A stretch of 61,444 nucleotides of DNA, the filler included, from Basidiobolus ranarum (taxonomy: Eukaryota), in NCBI GenBank assembly GCA_040143965.1. It is 3 parts of 3 records of this genome, joined end to end, with 100 filler letters (N's around TTAATTAATTAA, not from the genome) between each part and the next. Parts side by side here need not be neighbours in the genome. Positions count along the whole stretch, not along the records: positions 41,072 to 61,444 come from JASJQH010000230.1; 2 more parts are not named here. One strand, 5' to 3'. The notes under the pieces were generated by a model. The model worked only from the letters and a program-made list of their open reading frames with translations. It was not told the DNA's origin and did not search any database. This document shows positions 48,410 through 60,210 of this stretch, piece by piece. Position numbers and translations under genes: made by a program. Each line of letters begins with the position of its first letter. The stretch's first letter is position 1.

Positions 48410-48658
48410 TCTTCACCTGAGTGATAATACGGACAACGATGGGTATTTATTTAACGACACTAGAGTTAAGATGATTTGACAGGTTTACAACTCCTAATGA
48501 CAACTGAACATAGTATATTGGATATTACCTATTATGGTGTAATCAAGTCTCATTACTAAATATATTCGAGTATACTACAATTATTCATTCGAGAACATAA
48601 CGATATCGAATAGTTGAATTGTATTCTTGATTTGATATGAAGTTGATTGTAGGTATTT

Positions 48659-49630
48659 TTATTTACGGTCGTGATCACCAAAGGGTGTAGTGTCAGCATA
48701 GCAGCTTTCAAAGACGCTATTTACGGCATTTCTGGCTTGTTCTTCATCTTTACAAGAAGGATTGTACTTCACAGAGAGTATGGCTCGTCGCCTCACACAC
48801 TCCTAAAAATATTTTTGTCAGCCAGAAACTTCTCAAGAGTTATTAAGCTTTTCTAGATACCTGATGCTGTTTTTTAACTCGAAATTTTCCTCGAAGGAAT
48901 TCTCTCATCAACTTACAATCGCCACTTAGACTGGCCGCTCGTACCTATCGAAGTAAACGTAGTTAGCTAAAGGGATAAATAAAAGAGCTATTTATAATAT
49001 ACCTCAGTACATGCGTGGTGCTTACAGTTAGTAAGATCTAAATTATACTTACAGCTATGTAGAGATTTACAATTAGAAAACAAGATTATATGAGCTAGAA
49101 GAATTATACTAACTAATCGAAGGCATGAATAAGTTCATGTACCACGGTCTCCTCCATGTGTGGCCGACTTATAAAATGGTTTTGGCACAATATTATCTAT
49201 AACAGTGCGTAATGAGCATATCTGAAGGGTAATACTGGAACAAAGTTGATTTTGGTATATATATAAACGTACCCCCTCCTCAGCAGAAAACCCACCGGAG
49301 CCTGAATTATCACAAGGAACGCAACGAAAATGCTTTTTTTCAAAGTTACAACCGGCTCTTTTCATAGCCCCTAATAAGGTTTTGACCATAGTATCTTTGA
49401 AGTAAAAGTATTTGAGTAACAATTCTAAATTCAACAAAGAGATTTTGTCATTTCAAAAAGGTACTTTTTTGAATTATCTCGTCTTTCCAATCTTCACAGC
49501 GTTTACACTCTTTTTCCCTTTTACTTTTCTGCTCGGGTGTTTCATTAGAGTTATCTACGGTTAAAACAAGTTTTCCTGTTCTAGTTAATAAAGGAAGCTC
49601 AGCTTTCGACTCCTTTGTAGTAGAGGTCAT
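48659..49630 (-). CDS. ATP23: Mitochondrial metallopeptidase Atp23 (M76), multi-exon
   Basis: SGGFS, IILCQN, HELIHAFD, HHACTE|VRAASLSGDC, CVRRRAILSV, VFESCYADTTPF. Confidence 0.95.
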
Positions 49631-50142
49631 GATCGACTAGTAGAAATATTTCTCAGTATCTCAATTTTTATTAGTGCTTGACTACAATTTACAAATTTGT
49701 TTTACTAGCTTTACTCAGTGTAATAAAATCAGACGAGTATAACAGTCGCAGATATTGATATAATCCGAAAATCAGTAAATCGGAAAGCCGTTCCAGTATT
49801 CGCAACTCCATCGCAAATATCTCTTCGAGTTGTCACTAAAAGGCTTATTTCAATCTTCGCTTATTGGAGCATTCTTTGGGTTGCTTCACTTGGTTATAGC
49901 ATTTAGAGAATTCATCTAGAACTACGTGCAGCGGGCCATTGGCCAATTGGAGAAGAATTTCACACAAATCAGTACGCAATCATGTATTAGTTAAATGTTC
50001 TTATATTAGTTATATTTAGTACCCTGTGGCTGCCAGAGATTTATGACACAGCACGTGACACAAAACTTAATTATTGCTTGTACTAGTATTTCTTGGTAAT
50101 TCTACTTCATCCATACTCTTTTTCCAAACTACTGCCAGCAAT

Positions 50143-50986
50143 ATGGGACAAAAGACCAGTAAATTAAGCCCTGAACAGTTGGGTGAATTACAAAAGTGCA
50201 CATACTGTAGGTTTATTTTCTCTTAGATCTCTCGTCGCCGTTTATCTTACCTAAATATCTTCTTTCCATCTCTCAACACGACAATTAGTCGATAAGAAGG
50301 AACTGCAACAATGGTGAGCAAAATATTACTATATTGAGTACCATTCCTCTAAGTTTTAACTTTGATGTTGGCTTACAGGTATAAAGGCTTCATCAAAGAT
50401 TGCCCCTCAGGAAACCTCGACAAGAACGAGTTCAAAAAGATTTACAAACAATTTTTCCCTTTCGGTGATCCATCAGGTTTTGCAGAGTTTGTGTTTAACG
50501 TATTTGATGAAAATAAGAACGGCACCATCGACTTTAAGGAATTTATATGCGCTCTTTCTGTCACATCCCGCGGAAAAACCGAAGAAAAGTTGCTTTGTAA
50601 GCCTTTTTGTTTCTACTTTTTTACTTTATTTCAAAGGAATTAACTTGATTGTGTTCTTAGGGGCTTTCCAGTTGTACGATATTGACAGTGATGGATTTAT
50701 AACACGTGAAGAGATGCTCCTTATCGTTGAAGCTATCTATAAGATGGTTGGTAGCATGGTGAAGCTGCCTGAAGATGAAGATACTCCTGAAAAACGAGTG
50801 GAGAAAATCTTTAGATTGATGGACAAGGTAGAATTCAGCTTAGTAGTCACTTCAACTTGTGCTAGTTTCTAATATTTTATTCCGAAGAATAATGACGGCA
50901 AATTATCCATGGAAGAATTCCAAGAAGGATCTAAACAGGACCCAACAATTGTTCAAGCACTCTCTTTGTATGACGGACTGGTCTAA
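50143..50986 (+). CDS. FRQ1: Neuronal calcium sensor-1/frequenin, multi-exon
   Basis: MGQKTSKL myristoylation site, [41 protein letters not shown]. Confidence 0.98.
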
Positions 50987-51921
50987 TGATTGATAAAGTC
51001 GCGTATTGTAAGCAGATTGATGGATCCAATCCACTTTATAACTTCATTAATGTGTATAACAGAGAATGTCTTTCACTATTTATTATATATGATCTTTCTT
51101 CGTTTTTGATGATCCTTCCTACATTTCATTCATGTCGAAGAACTACTCAAAGAACTACAGAAGAGCCACTCACTTCCTGGGACGAATGAGCAATAAAATT
51201 TCTGAAACATCAACAACGCTCTTATCAATATACATAATATTGACACCCATATTAATCCTTAAGAGACCATAGCACTACCACCTAAGGGGGTGAGAACTAA
51301 ACATGTATTTGGCCTCTTGAGAAGATCGATATGTACATCTACATAGCTCAACTGACTGATTAGTTATGTATGCGGGTGTCATTTGAACGACTCCTAGGAT
51401 TTAGCGATCGTCCAATATGAGGCACGAGTGTCCAATTCACTATGCCTCTATATAGTTAAAGCAATGGAGGGGGTGGGGGCAGCTGTTGAATAAAGTGCCT
51501 ACTTGTTTCATGGTTGCCTATAAAATCCGTTCTTATTGTAAAATATATACATATAACTTCTGGAACAAGAGTATATTAACCTAGCTATTTCGCAAGTTCC
51601 CTTATACTCCTTGTCCTTTTAAAGCTCCATTGTATTCTAGTAAGAATACAGACGGAGATTTGAATCCGTATTTGAATACAAAGTATATGTGCGCGCTTAT
51701 GCGTTTATGCAAGTTCAGATTAATACAACTTGAGTAAGCTGAACAAATTCGGAAATAAATAAATTCGCTTATTTTACTCAATTACTAGACCATGCAACCT
51801 TCCCGCCTCTTACTTCGTACTCGCCTCTATTTAAACCCCTTGGTCATTTGATGAATTCCCTTGTTTGTTCATTGTCGTTCGCCTTTTGTCTTTGATTCAA
51901 CACGCCGTCTTTAGGCAAAAT

Positions 51922-52500
51922 ATGAACTCATTAAAATTATGGCCAACGGCCTTCATAACAGGATTACTTCAAGTAACTGTGAAGGCATCAGTCAAAAGGG
52001 ATTTCCCTCCAAATACCACCGCAACACCACCCCCTTCAATAATTGGCAATGAGATTGATTCCTCTTCGTCGCACAAGGATATTTCGCCTCTATTACTGAG
52101 TATATGTTTAGGCAGTTCCTTACTTGTCATATTACTCTTTGCTATACTCTATTTTCTTTTGAGTAGACGTAAGAACAAAGTATTTCCCATGCCGATCAAA
52201 GATCACAACCTTCCTTGTGATAAAGAGACCAATGACGTTTCCGAAAAACACTTTAAAGAAATGATGACTATCATGGATGCTGAAGAGGGATACTCTGCAA
52301 GCCTACATAGCCCACCCAACCATGTCCTTTCTAGTACCCTCGTCTCCCCGCCACCTACAAAAACTGCACATCCAGCCATGACTATCCCAAGACCTGTGAA
52401 GGATGGGTCCTGGAGGCTCAGTCGACTAAAATTAGGCACTAAGTTTGACGGTAACTCACCTACGGGAAAGTTTCTTCGAGATTCGTATCAAGTCTGGTAG
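51922..52500 (+). CDS. Hypothetical type I membrane protein
   Basis: Signal-like N-terminus ending at a KR site, short Pro/Thr/Ser ectodomain, TM LLLSICLGSSLLVILLFAILYFLL then SRRKNK, Pro-rich tail. Confidence 0.7.
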   Translation: MNSLKLWPTAFITGLLQVTVKASVKRDFPPNTTATPPPSIIGNEIDSSSSHKDISPLLLSICLGSSLLVILLFAILYFLLSRRKNKVFPMPIKDHNLPCDKETNDVSEKHFKEMMTIMDAEEGYSASLHSPPNHVLSSTLVSPPPTKTAHPAMTIPRPVKDGSWRLSRLKLGTKFDGNSPTGKFLRDSYQVW

Positions 52501-53412
52501 TCCAGATATTCAAAAGCTCTATACTACTTTCGCTAAACCATTTCCACTATCATTGTACAAAAACTCACTTTCGTTGAGAACCGATAGAGACGAAACGCCT
52601 TGGTCCTACTGCTACATATTCCTGGCGTGTATTTCCATATCATTGGAAATGCAGTTCTTGGTGAAAATGAAATAGTATCGCATACCCTCCTGGAAGTACA
52701 ACAACTACTTCCATATACATTTTGACTCAGCCACTTTGGTTCAAAGTTGACTGATTTGACATTGTGCTCTACCTCATTAAAGTTTACATATTTCCTGTAT
52801 ATATGTCTACCTTACCTGTTATATAATGTACGATTTTTCTTGTTCACTTTTGCCCCGCCCCTCTATACCTTCAAAAACGAGATACGCATACTCTTCCCAA
52901 ACAATCCTCATAAACTATTCCGCTGATTCCATTCGAGAAATAAGGAAGTGTGCAAAACATGGTCAGTTCCCATAGGACCTGTTCTAGTTTGACTGGTAGA
53001 TATACAAAATATACGACATTTCTTGATTTGTCTGATTGAAAAGGTCTTCGCACTCGTCAACTTCATAATAAATCAGTTACTTGACCGTAAGTGATCAAAC
53101 AATGCCCTTGGAAAAGTAGTGATAAATTATATAAGCAATCCATTTTACCAGCCATTACGTAACAAAGGGATATTTTAAGTTAGTTGTATTTGTGTGCTCA
53201 TCCAATCCGGAAATTATATTGAGTAAACTAGTAGATTCTGGATCTCCTAGAAATCCCATTAAGTAGTGAGTAACATCTCTTGTGTGGCTTAACGTCCAAA
53301 AAGTACTACCATATAGATATTATATTCTTATAGGTTTTTTTCCTGGTTGACTAGTTTGGTTTACGTGTTATTCATCGTTTTATAGGCTCGTTTTGCGAAT
53401 TTTGCATTTATT

Positions 53413-54192
53413 ATGGAAGAACCGACCATATGTTACGTGGCAGGCAATGGGGATCTTGAAAGACTTAGAGAAGAACTAAATAATGTTAACTGTGATCTTG
53501 AGGCCATTAACTCTCAAGGGCTAACTCCACTCATGATGGCAGCCAAAGAAAATCATCTGGAATGTGTTCGAGTTTTGATACTTGCTGGAGCTAACCCCAA
53601 TGCACAAGCCGCAAAAGGTACTGCTTCAGAATATACAGTACATCCAGAGATTCTTCAAATCATAGCAGAAGCTAGAAATCGTAATGGTTTATCAAGATTT
53701 CCATCGGAGAACACTCAACAAGGCTCTTTTACCTCAAGTTCTCCTTCAGTTTGTCGCTTTTTTATGAAAGGATATTGCCGTTTTGGTAACAGCTGTAGAT
53801 TCACTCATCAAGGCTTGGGTCAAAGTCAACCAGAACTACCTTTAAATAGTTATAACCCTATGCCAACTTGTCGATATTGGTTACAGGGAAATTGTCGTTT
53901 TGGAAATCAATGCAGATATGAACATCCTGTCACTGCTAGACCAGATTTACCCTTTCTCCACCACCCATATGCAATGCCCCTCCCGTATATTCCTATGCCA
54001 CTTCCAGTAAACTTTGAAAACTCGTTTAGTCAAGAAGAATACAACACTGATCAGTCTGTGTACGACAAAGAAATTGAAGAGCGTATTGAGAATTTTGGTT
54101 TTACTGAAGAAGAAGTGGATATGTTGCTATCATATGAAGTTATGCCTTGGGAGAGCAACGCTTGGGAGATATTGAAAGCTATTCAAAATTAA
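53413..54192 (+). CDS. Ankyrin repeats + 2 CCCH zinc fingers + GFT-x2-EV C-terminal motif
   Basis: GLTPLMMAA..CVRVLILAGANPN; CRFFMKGYCRFGNSCRFTH; CRYWLQGNCRFGNQCRYEH; NFGFTEEEVDMLLSYEVMPW. Confidence 0.9.
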   Translation: MEEPTICYVAGNGDLERLREELNNVNCDLEAINSQGLTPLMMAAKENHLECVRVLILAGANPNAQAAKGTASEYTVHPEILQIIAEARNRNGLSRFPSENTQQGSFTSSSPSVCRFFMKGYCRFGNSCRFTHQGLGQSQPELPLNSYNPMPTCRYWLQGNCRFGNQCRYEHPVTARPDLPFLHHPYAMPLPYIPMPLPVNFENSFSQEEYNTDQSVYDKEIEERIENFGFTEEEVDMLLSYEVMPWESNAWEILKAIQN

Positions 54193-54884
54193 GAGTCTAA
54201 CCACAATAATAACATCGCTTTCAGTGCTCACGTAGAATCTTTACCTTTTGTATTCCAATTGATGATGATTCTTCGATATTTATTATATCTTTATTATATC
54301 CTTCAGGAAGTTTCCTAACCCTTTATCTCTCTGCTAAGATTCTTTGTAAATCCCAGTTTTTTAAAGTGATATTCTAGAGTCCTTTCCACCCACTTCACCG
54401 CTAACAATAATACTACTTTTACACATGCCATGATTTTTTGTAGTTCAGCTGAGCCAATAAACTAGAACTCATGCAAGTATTACGTATATGCGTATATGGC
54501 TAAGAAGTATGCCACCGTTCTTAGAGGCAATATATTTCTATGAATTTATCTATTTAAAAGTCCAACCAATTGTAAATGCATAATCAATGATGGTGCTATT
54601 TACAAAATCTAGACAAGTGAACTAATGATTTCATTTGATTCAACACATATATGCAATTGTGACTTGTTGGGCTCTATTACTGGTCAAGAATTCATGTTGA
54701 TCGCAGTCAGCATACTTTGACTCATTACTTTTTTCGGCTCTAGATCGAGGTTTTATAAAAGCATCGAAACTGTGGCGTGGCACAGGCACAAACGCACACT
54801 CACCTATTCATACTTACATTCTCATATTTCTATCAAGTATTCTTCAAACTCGGTGAATATCTAGTTACAATAACTTCTCACTTC

Positions 54885-55757
54885 ATGATTATTACCGCAC
54901 TATGGAAGGCTGCCAATGAAGGCGACATTACAAGTCTAAGATTCGAATTACTTAATACTCCCGAACACTTAGATACACCTGATGCTCTAGGAAGAACTCC
55001 TCTTATGATCGCCTCCAAAGGCAATCACGTTCAAGCTGTACGTGAATTACTTCTTGCCGGTGCCGACCCGGACGTGAAAAATGAACTGGGTACTGCTACA
55101 GAATTTACTACCAATGGAAAAATTGTCAAGATGATAACTGACGTACGTGAGGGTTTAGTACCGGAAATGCCCACTCCCGGTAGTGCTACATTTAAAGAAG
55201 CAGGTTTCGATGTATCCGATGATAGAAGATCTTCCACTAACTCACTAGATTGCCCATTTTTAAGAAGAGGTAGTTGTCCAAACGGTAAACGGTGTAGTTT
55301 TTCTCATCCTAAAGAGGAAGATATTGTTGATTCTGAGGAGGAGGAAGGTGTAGCAGAACAACAACAACGTATGAGAAATTGTGGTTTCACCGATGATGAA
55401 GTGCAAGTATTATTATCACAGGGAGTTCGACCAACTGATGAAAATGCTTGGGATGTATTGGCTTCCTTAGCTAAATGTGATCGATATAGAGAAGGGATAT
55501 CTTACGATGTTTTGAAGAAGATTCATCATATTGTATATGAAAATTCCTCTGCTAGGGATTTTAACCGGCTCTCTACTGGATATGAACATGGTGAAATTAT
55601 CCATGAAGATGATGAAGACACTTCCTCGATTGAAGAGCTAGAGGACTTGATAAATAATTATCATCTATCTGATGGTGCCGCCACTCCAGAAATTACAAGT
55701 GGTAAAGTTAAACCATACACTACAATATGGACGGTGACGAATGAATCAGTCCAGTAA
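54885..55757 (+). CDS. Ankyrin repeats + 1 CCCH zinc finger + GFT-x2-EV motif (tandem paralog)
   Basis: GRTPLMIAS..VRELLLAGADPD; CPFLRRGSCPNGKRCSFSH; NCGFTDDEVQVLLSQGVRP. Confidence 0.88.
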   Translation: MIITALWKAANEGDITSLRFELLNTPEHLDTPDALGRTPLMIASKGNHVQAVRELLLAGADPDVKNELGTATEFTTNGKIVKMITDVREGLVPEMPTPGSATFKEAGFDVSDDRRSSTNSLDCPFLRRGSCPNGKRCSFSHPKEEDIVDSEEEEGVAEQQQRMRNCGFTDDEVQVLLSQGVRPTDENAWDVLASLAKCDRYREGISYDVLKKIHHIVYENSSARDFNRLSTGYEHGEIIHEDDEDTSSIEELEDLINNYHLSDGAATPEITSGKVKPYTTIWTVTNESVQ

Positions 55758-56112
55758 CGTAGTATTACCCTAACGTAAATATGGATTGTCGTTCACTTGA
55801 TGAGATCTTGACAGTCCATTTCAAAACTTGTAAGCTATGAATTTAGCAAACTATCTGTAAATTCTTTCAAATAAATAAATACGAATCGATCTATAAGTCA
55901 TTAACTTTACATGTTAATATTTCATATTAAAATAACTCCCATTTTACTTGATAAAATGCTAGAGTAAAAAAACTTTTGGGGAGAGGAGAGGTTCTTTCAG
56001 TACATGATATAGAACGACCAACAGCTAACAACTTCCTATTTTTATACAGTAATTACGGTGAAAGAAAAGTGGCGGAGATTTTCTTCTATATAGTGCTCCA
56101 ATGTCTAACGAG

Positions 56113-56540
56113 TTATTTCTCTTCCAACTTGTAAGTATTTTCATCGAGTAATTTATCTACTTCATATTTAAGTCGGTCCAACCAACTTCCATCGATGAAT
56201 ACGTGAGTGTCGTCTAAGTCTTCAATCATAAAGTGATAGGAATTATTAAGGTTCAAAACTATCTGTTTAACCGCCTCATCACTAAATAAAAACAATCAAA
56301 CATATTAGTAAAGGGGACTAAATTATGTGAATTTCTTCTACATATTTACGTACCACTCTACTATCATACCTATGTTCAAGAAAAAGTAAAAAAAAAAGGT
56401 TCGAGTTAATGAAAGGTTATTTTTCAAGTAAGATATTAAGTTTTAAATGTATTCTAGTGAAGTTGTATATCTTCTCACTCTCGATGGCTATTCTAATGTT
56501 ACATGAAAAGCGGTTACCAACCTTTGATTGCCTTGACCAT
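56113..56540 (-). CDS. TFB5: TFIIH subunit Tfb5/p8, 3 exons
   Basis: MVKAIKG|MIVEC|DEAVKQIVL..FMIEDLDDTHVFI..LLDENTY. Confidence 0.93.
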
Positions 56541-56797
56541 GATTGTAAACGGAAGAATACTTTACTACTCACTTGTATGTATATATATGTATTCAGGTGA
56601 TACTGCCAGTCACGTGAACAAACCCTATTTGGAATCACAATTTTTTGCACCAAGAAACAACATAACTTCAATGATTTTATTTGACAAGCTTAATGTAGAG
56701 AGAAGTAAGCGTCAATCAAAGGGAGGTCATTCATAACGGGGGAGGGGAGTGGTTTCTATGATTTCGATTACAAATAAAAGAAAATATATCAAGAATC

Positions 56798-58487
56798 TTA
56801 TTCAGATTTAGCCTTTTTTTTAGGTTGTTCAGCATCTTCCGCTTCGTTAATTTCTTCTTCGGGGACGGTAATTTTACGAAGTAAACCAGTAGGGTACAAG
56901 TTGGGAAGTGTCTCAACTAGCAATGGATGAATTCAATTAGTAACAATTCTTCCAAATTCAATTCTACTCTTCTAAGTTACCTTCACAAGAACCAAATTCA
57001 TTCACCAATTTAGCTTCCGATTGTTCGTACTAAATTCAGGATAAACATCAATACCATTCCAACATAAAAACGTACTCCTCTAGTTACCTTTCCGTCTTGA
57101 TCTTTAAAGGATACAACTAAATCCGAGGATTTATCCGAGTAGGACAACCACAAGTTTCCATTGTTATCGTAAGCACCATCCAATGGATCAGCATTCAATG
57201 AAATCACCTGTTGGAAATCTAAAGTAGCTGAGGCCTCGTTCCATCTAAAGACAAGTCCATTGTTGTATCTAAACAATAAATAGAGTGAATAGATGCATGC
57301 TTGACTGGTGACGTGAATCGGATTTACTTCTCAATCAAAACAAGGACATCCTTGTTTTGGGGGGATACCTCCAATGTAGTGACAAATACGTGATTTCCTG
57401 TAATCTAGTGTTCATGGAGGATTAGAAAGAAGTAAATTAACTAGCATACAGGGTGACTTACTGGTTGACAGCTTTGTTGATCAAGAATCTCTCGGAGATT
57501 AATGGCTTGCTTAAGGGAGCCATTTAAATAATCCCAAACCATGATCATTCCATCACCACCTCCGGAGACAAGTAATTCTGGGGCAAATGAGAGAAGACGA
57601 ACCTGCGAGACGAACCTAAAGATGGGTTAATTCAGAGGTGCCATCTTGAAAGTACGAAGAAGTACATACTCAGTGTGACCAAGACAGAATGAGTGGATAT
57701 TATAAGTATCTGGATAGTTGGAGACTCGAATCTTCTCATCCCGATCAGCAGTGATGATATGTTTGTTTCCAGGAGTGAGGAGCTAGTAAGAGAAGGTTAC
57801 TTTGGAATTCACTACGTAAAACAAGTCGTTTGACGCCTACCATATCCGTGGTCATGGAAACGTGACCGAGAAGTAGCTCTTCATGGCCAGTAGTGGGATC
57901 AATTGGTAGTCTAGATCGATAATCATCAATATCATATTCCAACCTAGTAAAAGCAAATATGTCCGTGGTATATTTACTTGTAAACATCTCCGAATTTATC
58001 CGCAACAAAGATCATATCATTTTCGGTGGAGAAGTTGATGGCATTGTAACGCTTAATGACAGGTCTAAGTATATTCGAAGAAAGAAACGTCAATCTCACC
58101 GGAAAGCAATACAAGAATATAGTTATGAATAAGTAACCTGGTGTTTAAACAACTCCAGTTTGAAACGGTCCAGATTTTGAGGGATTTATCTTCACCGCTA
58201 GTAGCCAATAATTTACCGTCTGGGCTAAAGGCTAAGGTACGAATAACATCGGTGTGTCCATCTTTTATCTCAACAACTGAAGATTTGATTTCTTCTGGTA
58301 CGTCACATGAACTAGCTTTGATAGAACCGTCACTGCAATTAAAAGTTTAACAATGTGTGAATGAATCATATATCGATATAAACGAAACCAACTTGGTATC
58401 AACGACTTGGAAGTTCTTGCCACACACAAGGACCAGAAGGCTTTCGGTGGGACTGTGAAGAGTATGAGTATAGGGATGTCTGACCAT
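56798..58487 (-). CDS. TRM82: tRNA m7G46 methyltransferase WD40 subunit Trm82/WDR4, multi-exon
   Basis: [48 protein letters not shown]. Confidence 0.95.
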
Positions 58488-58747
58488 TGCTGTATTCGTT
58501 TACAAGCACCAGTATGTCGCGTCAGGCCGAGACAACTCCGGTGAGGCTGATTTTAAGAAAACCTTTTTTTCATGTTTAGCTTAAAAAAAAAGGGATGTTT
58601 AGATAACACAGTTTATACACAGTTTAATTGATTTTCATCAATTATCCAACCATTAACTGGGATAAAATTGCTAGAAAAATTACCACGATAAAACTCTAAA
58701 AAGTGTCAGGACTTCTTGTCTCAAGCCTCTACTCTATAGAACAAATC

Positions 58748-59879
58748 ATGTCAGAAACTAACCAGCAGAACGGTAAGAAGCTCTCCGAGGATCCGGTCAT
58801 GGAGGAGACTTGGTCAAAACTTCTTAATGTTGAACAGGAAATGGAGGAAGTGAACGAAAAACTATGTTGGTCTATTTTCACCTCTACTTACATCAACCCG
58901 ATACTAATCGTGTAAATACAGACAAAGAGCAAGCAAAGCTCACTACCAAATTTGAAAATACCAAGAATCCTGTTTATCAAAAGCGTCAAGAACTTCTACA
59001 ACAGATCCCAAGTTTCTGGACAATCGCGGTACGTATTCCATGAACGTGTTTTTTTGATAGCTATCTAACTAAAGCGGTATTTTTAGTTCAAAAACCATCC
59101 CATGCTTCGTATGTGCTACAATTCTTGCCACTCATCACTCACTTCGACTCTAACTAACCTTTCCATCACTTGAACCATTCTCAGAAGGACTGCTTGAATC
59201 AGAGGATATTGAGGTAGAAATGGATGTAAATGGCGCTTGTATCTATGATTGTAGACTAATCCCATAGTACTAGGTTTTCAACCATTTAACCGATATAGTT
59301 ATCGACAGAAGTTCGGAAGATTGTACCGTTTATAAAATCATCATGGTATTTTGAGAGGCTGATCTCTTTCATTCACACATCGATTAACAAGTGGTTTCAA
59401 CTCAGATGTTCTCTGAAAATGAATTCTTCGAAGATCAGAAATTGATCAAAGAATTCTCTCACGACGAGTCTGGTAAAGTGGTCATCAAAAACCATCCCAT
59501 TCACTGGAAGGATGGAAAAGTACGTCTGACTTGATCTCTTCATTACAAAAAACCTACTTATTTCTTGAACATTGCTAGGATTTGACTCAGTCTGAGAATG
59601 AGGAGAAGGATAGCTTCTTCACCTGGTTCTCAGAGGAAGATCCGGAAATTGGTGACTTGATTGCTAACGACTTGTATCCTAATGCTGTCAAGTGAGTGCA
59701 TTTTTGCATTCTAAACTTCGCCATATACTATACTTATCCAATTTTTCAGGTACTTCCAAGGGTTTGACGGTGATGATGATGATGATGCAGAAGTGTTTGG
59801 TGATTCTGAGGATGAGTTGGATGAAGACGATGATGATGTCAAGCCACCTTCCAAGAAGCAGAAAGTTCGCTCACATTAG
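58748..59879 (+). CDS. NAP-family histone chaperone (SET/Vps75-like), multi-exon
   Basis: PVYQKRQELLQQIPSFW..FKNHP, FSENEFFED..LIKEF, IHWKDGK, SFFTWF, IANDLYPNAVK|YF, acidic tail with PPSKKQK NLS. Confidence 0.92.
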
Positions 59880-60210
59880 TTACTCTGAATGTATCTATAA
59901 TTTTGAACTTATTAAATTTTCAATTGCCAGCAGTCACATATTTGATATCCCCATCTTTACTTCAACCATGTGCTTAGACTTATACTTGCTTCTTTTTTTA
60001 AAGCCACTGAACTTGATTGCTCTCTTCATTCTATAGAAAGGAAGTAAAATAATCTATTCATGTTGAAATGTTCAGCACTTGAATAATAGAATCCTGTATA
60101 TAAAACATTTTATGTAATTGTCATTGAAATATTCATATACCATGTTTCTCCTATATAATGTAATACACAACTGCAAACCTATACAGTACCACCTAAATAA
60201 TATTATCAAG

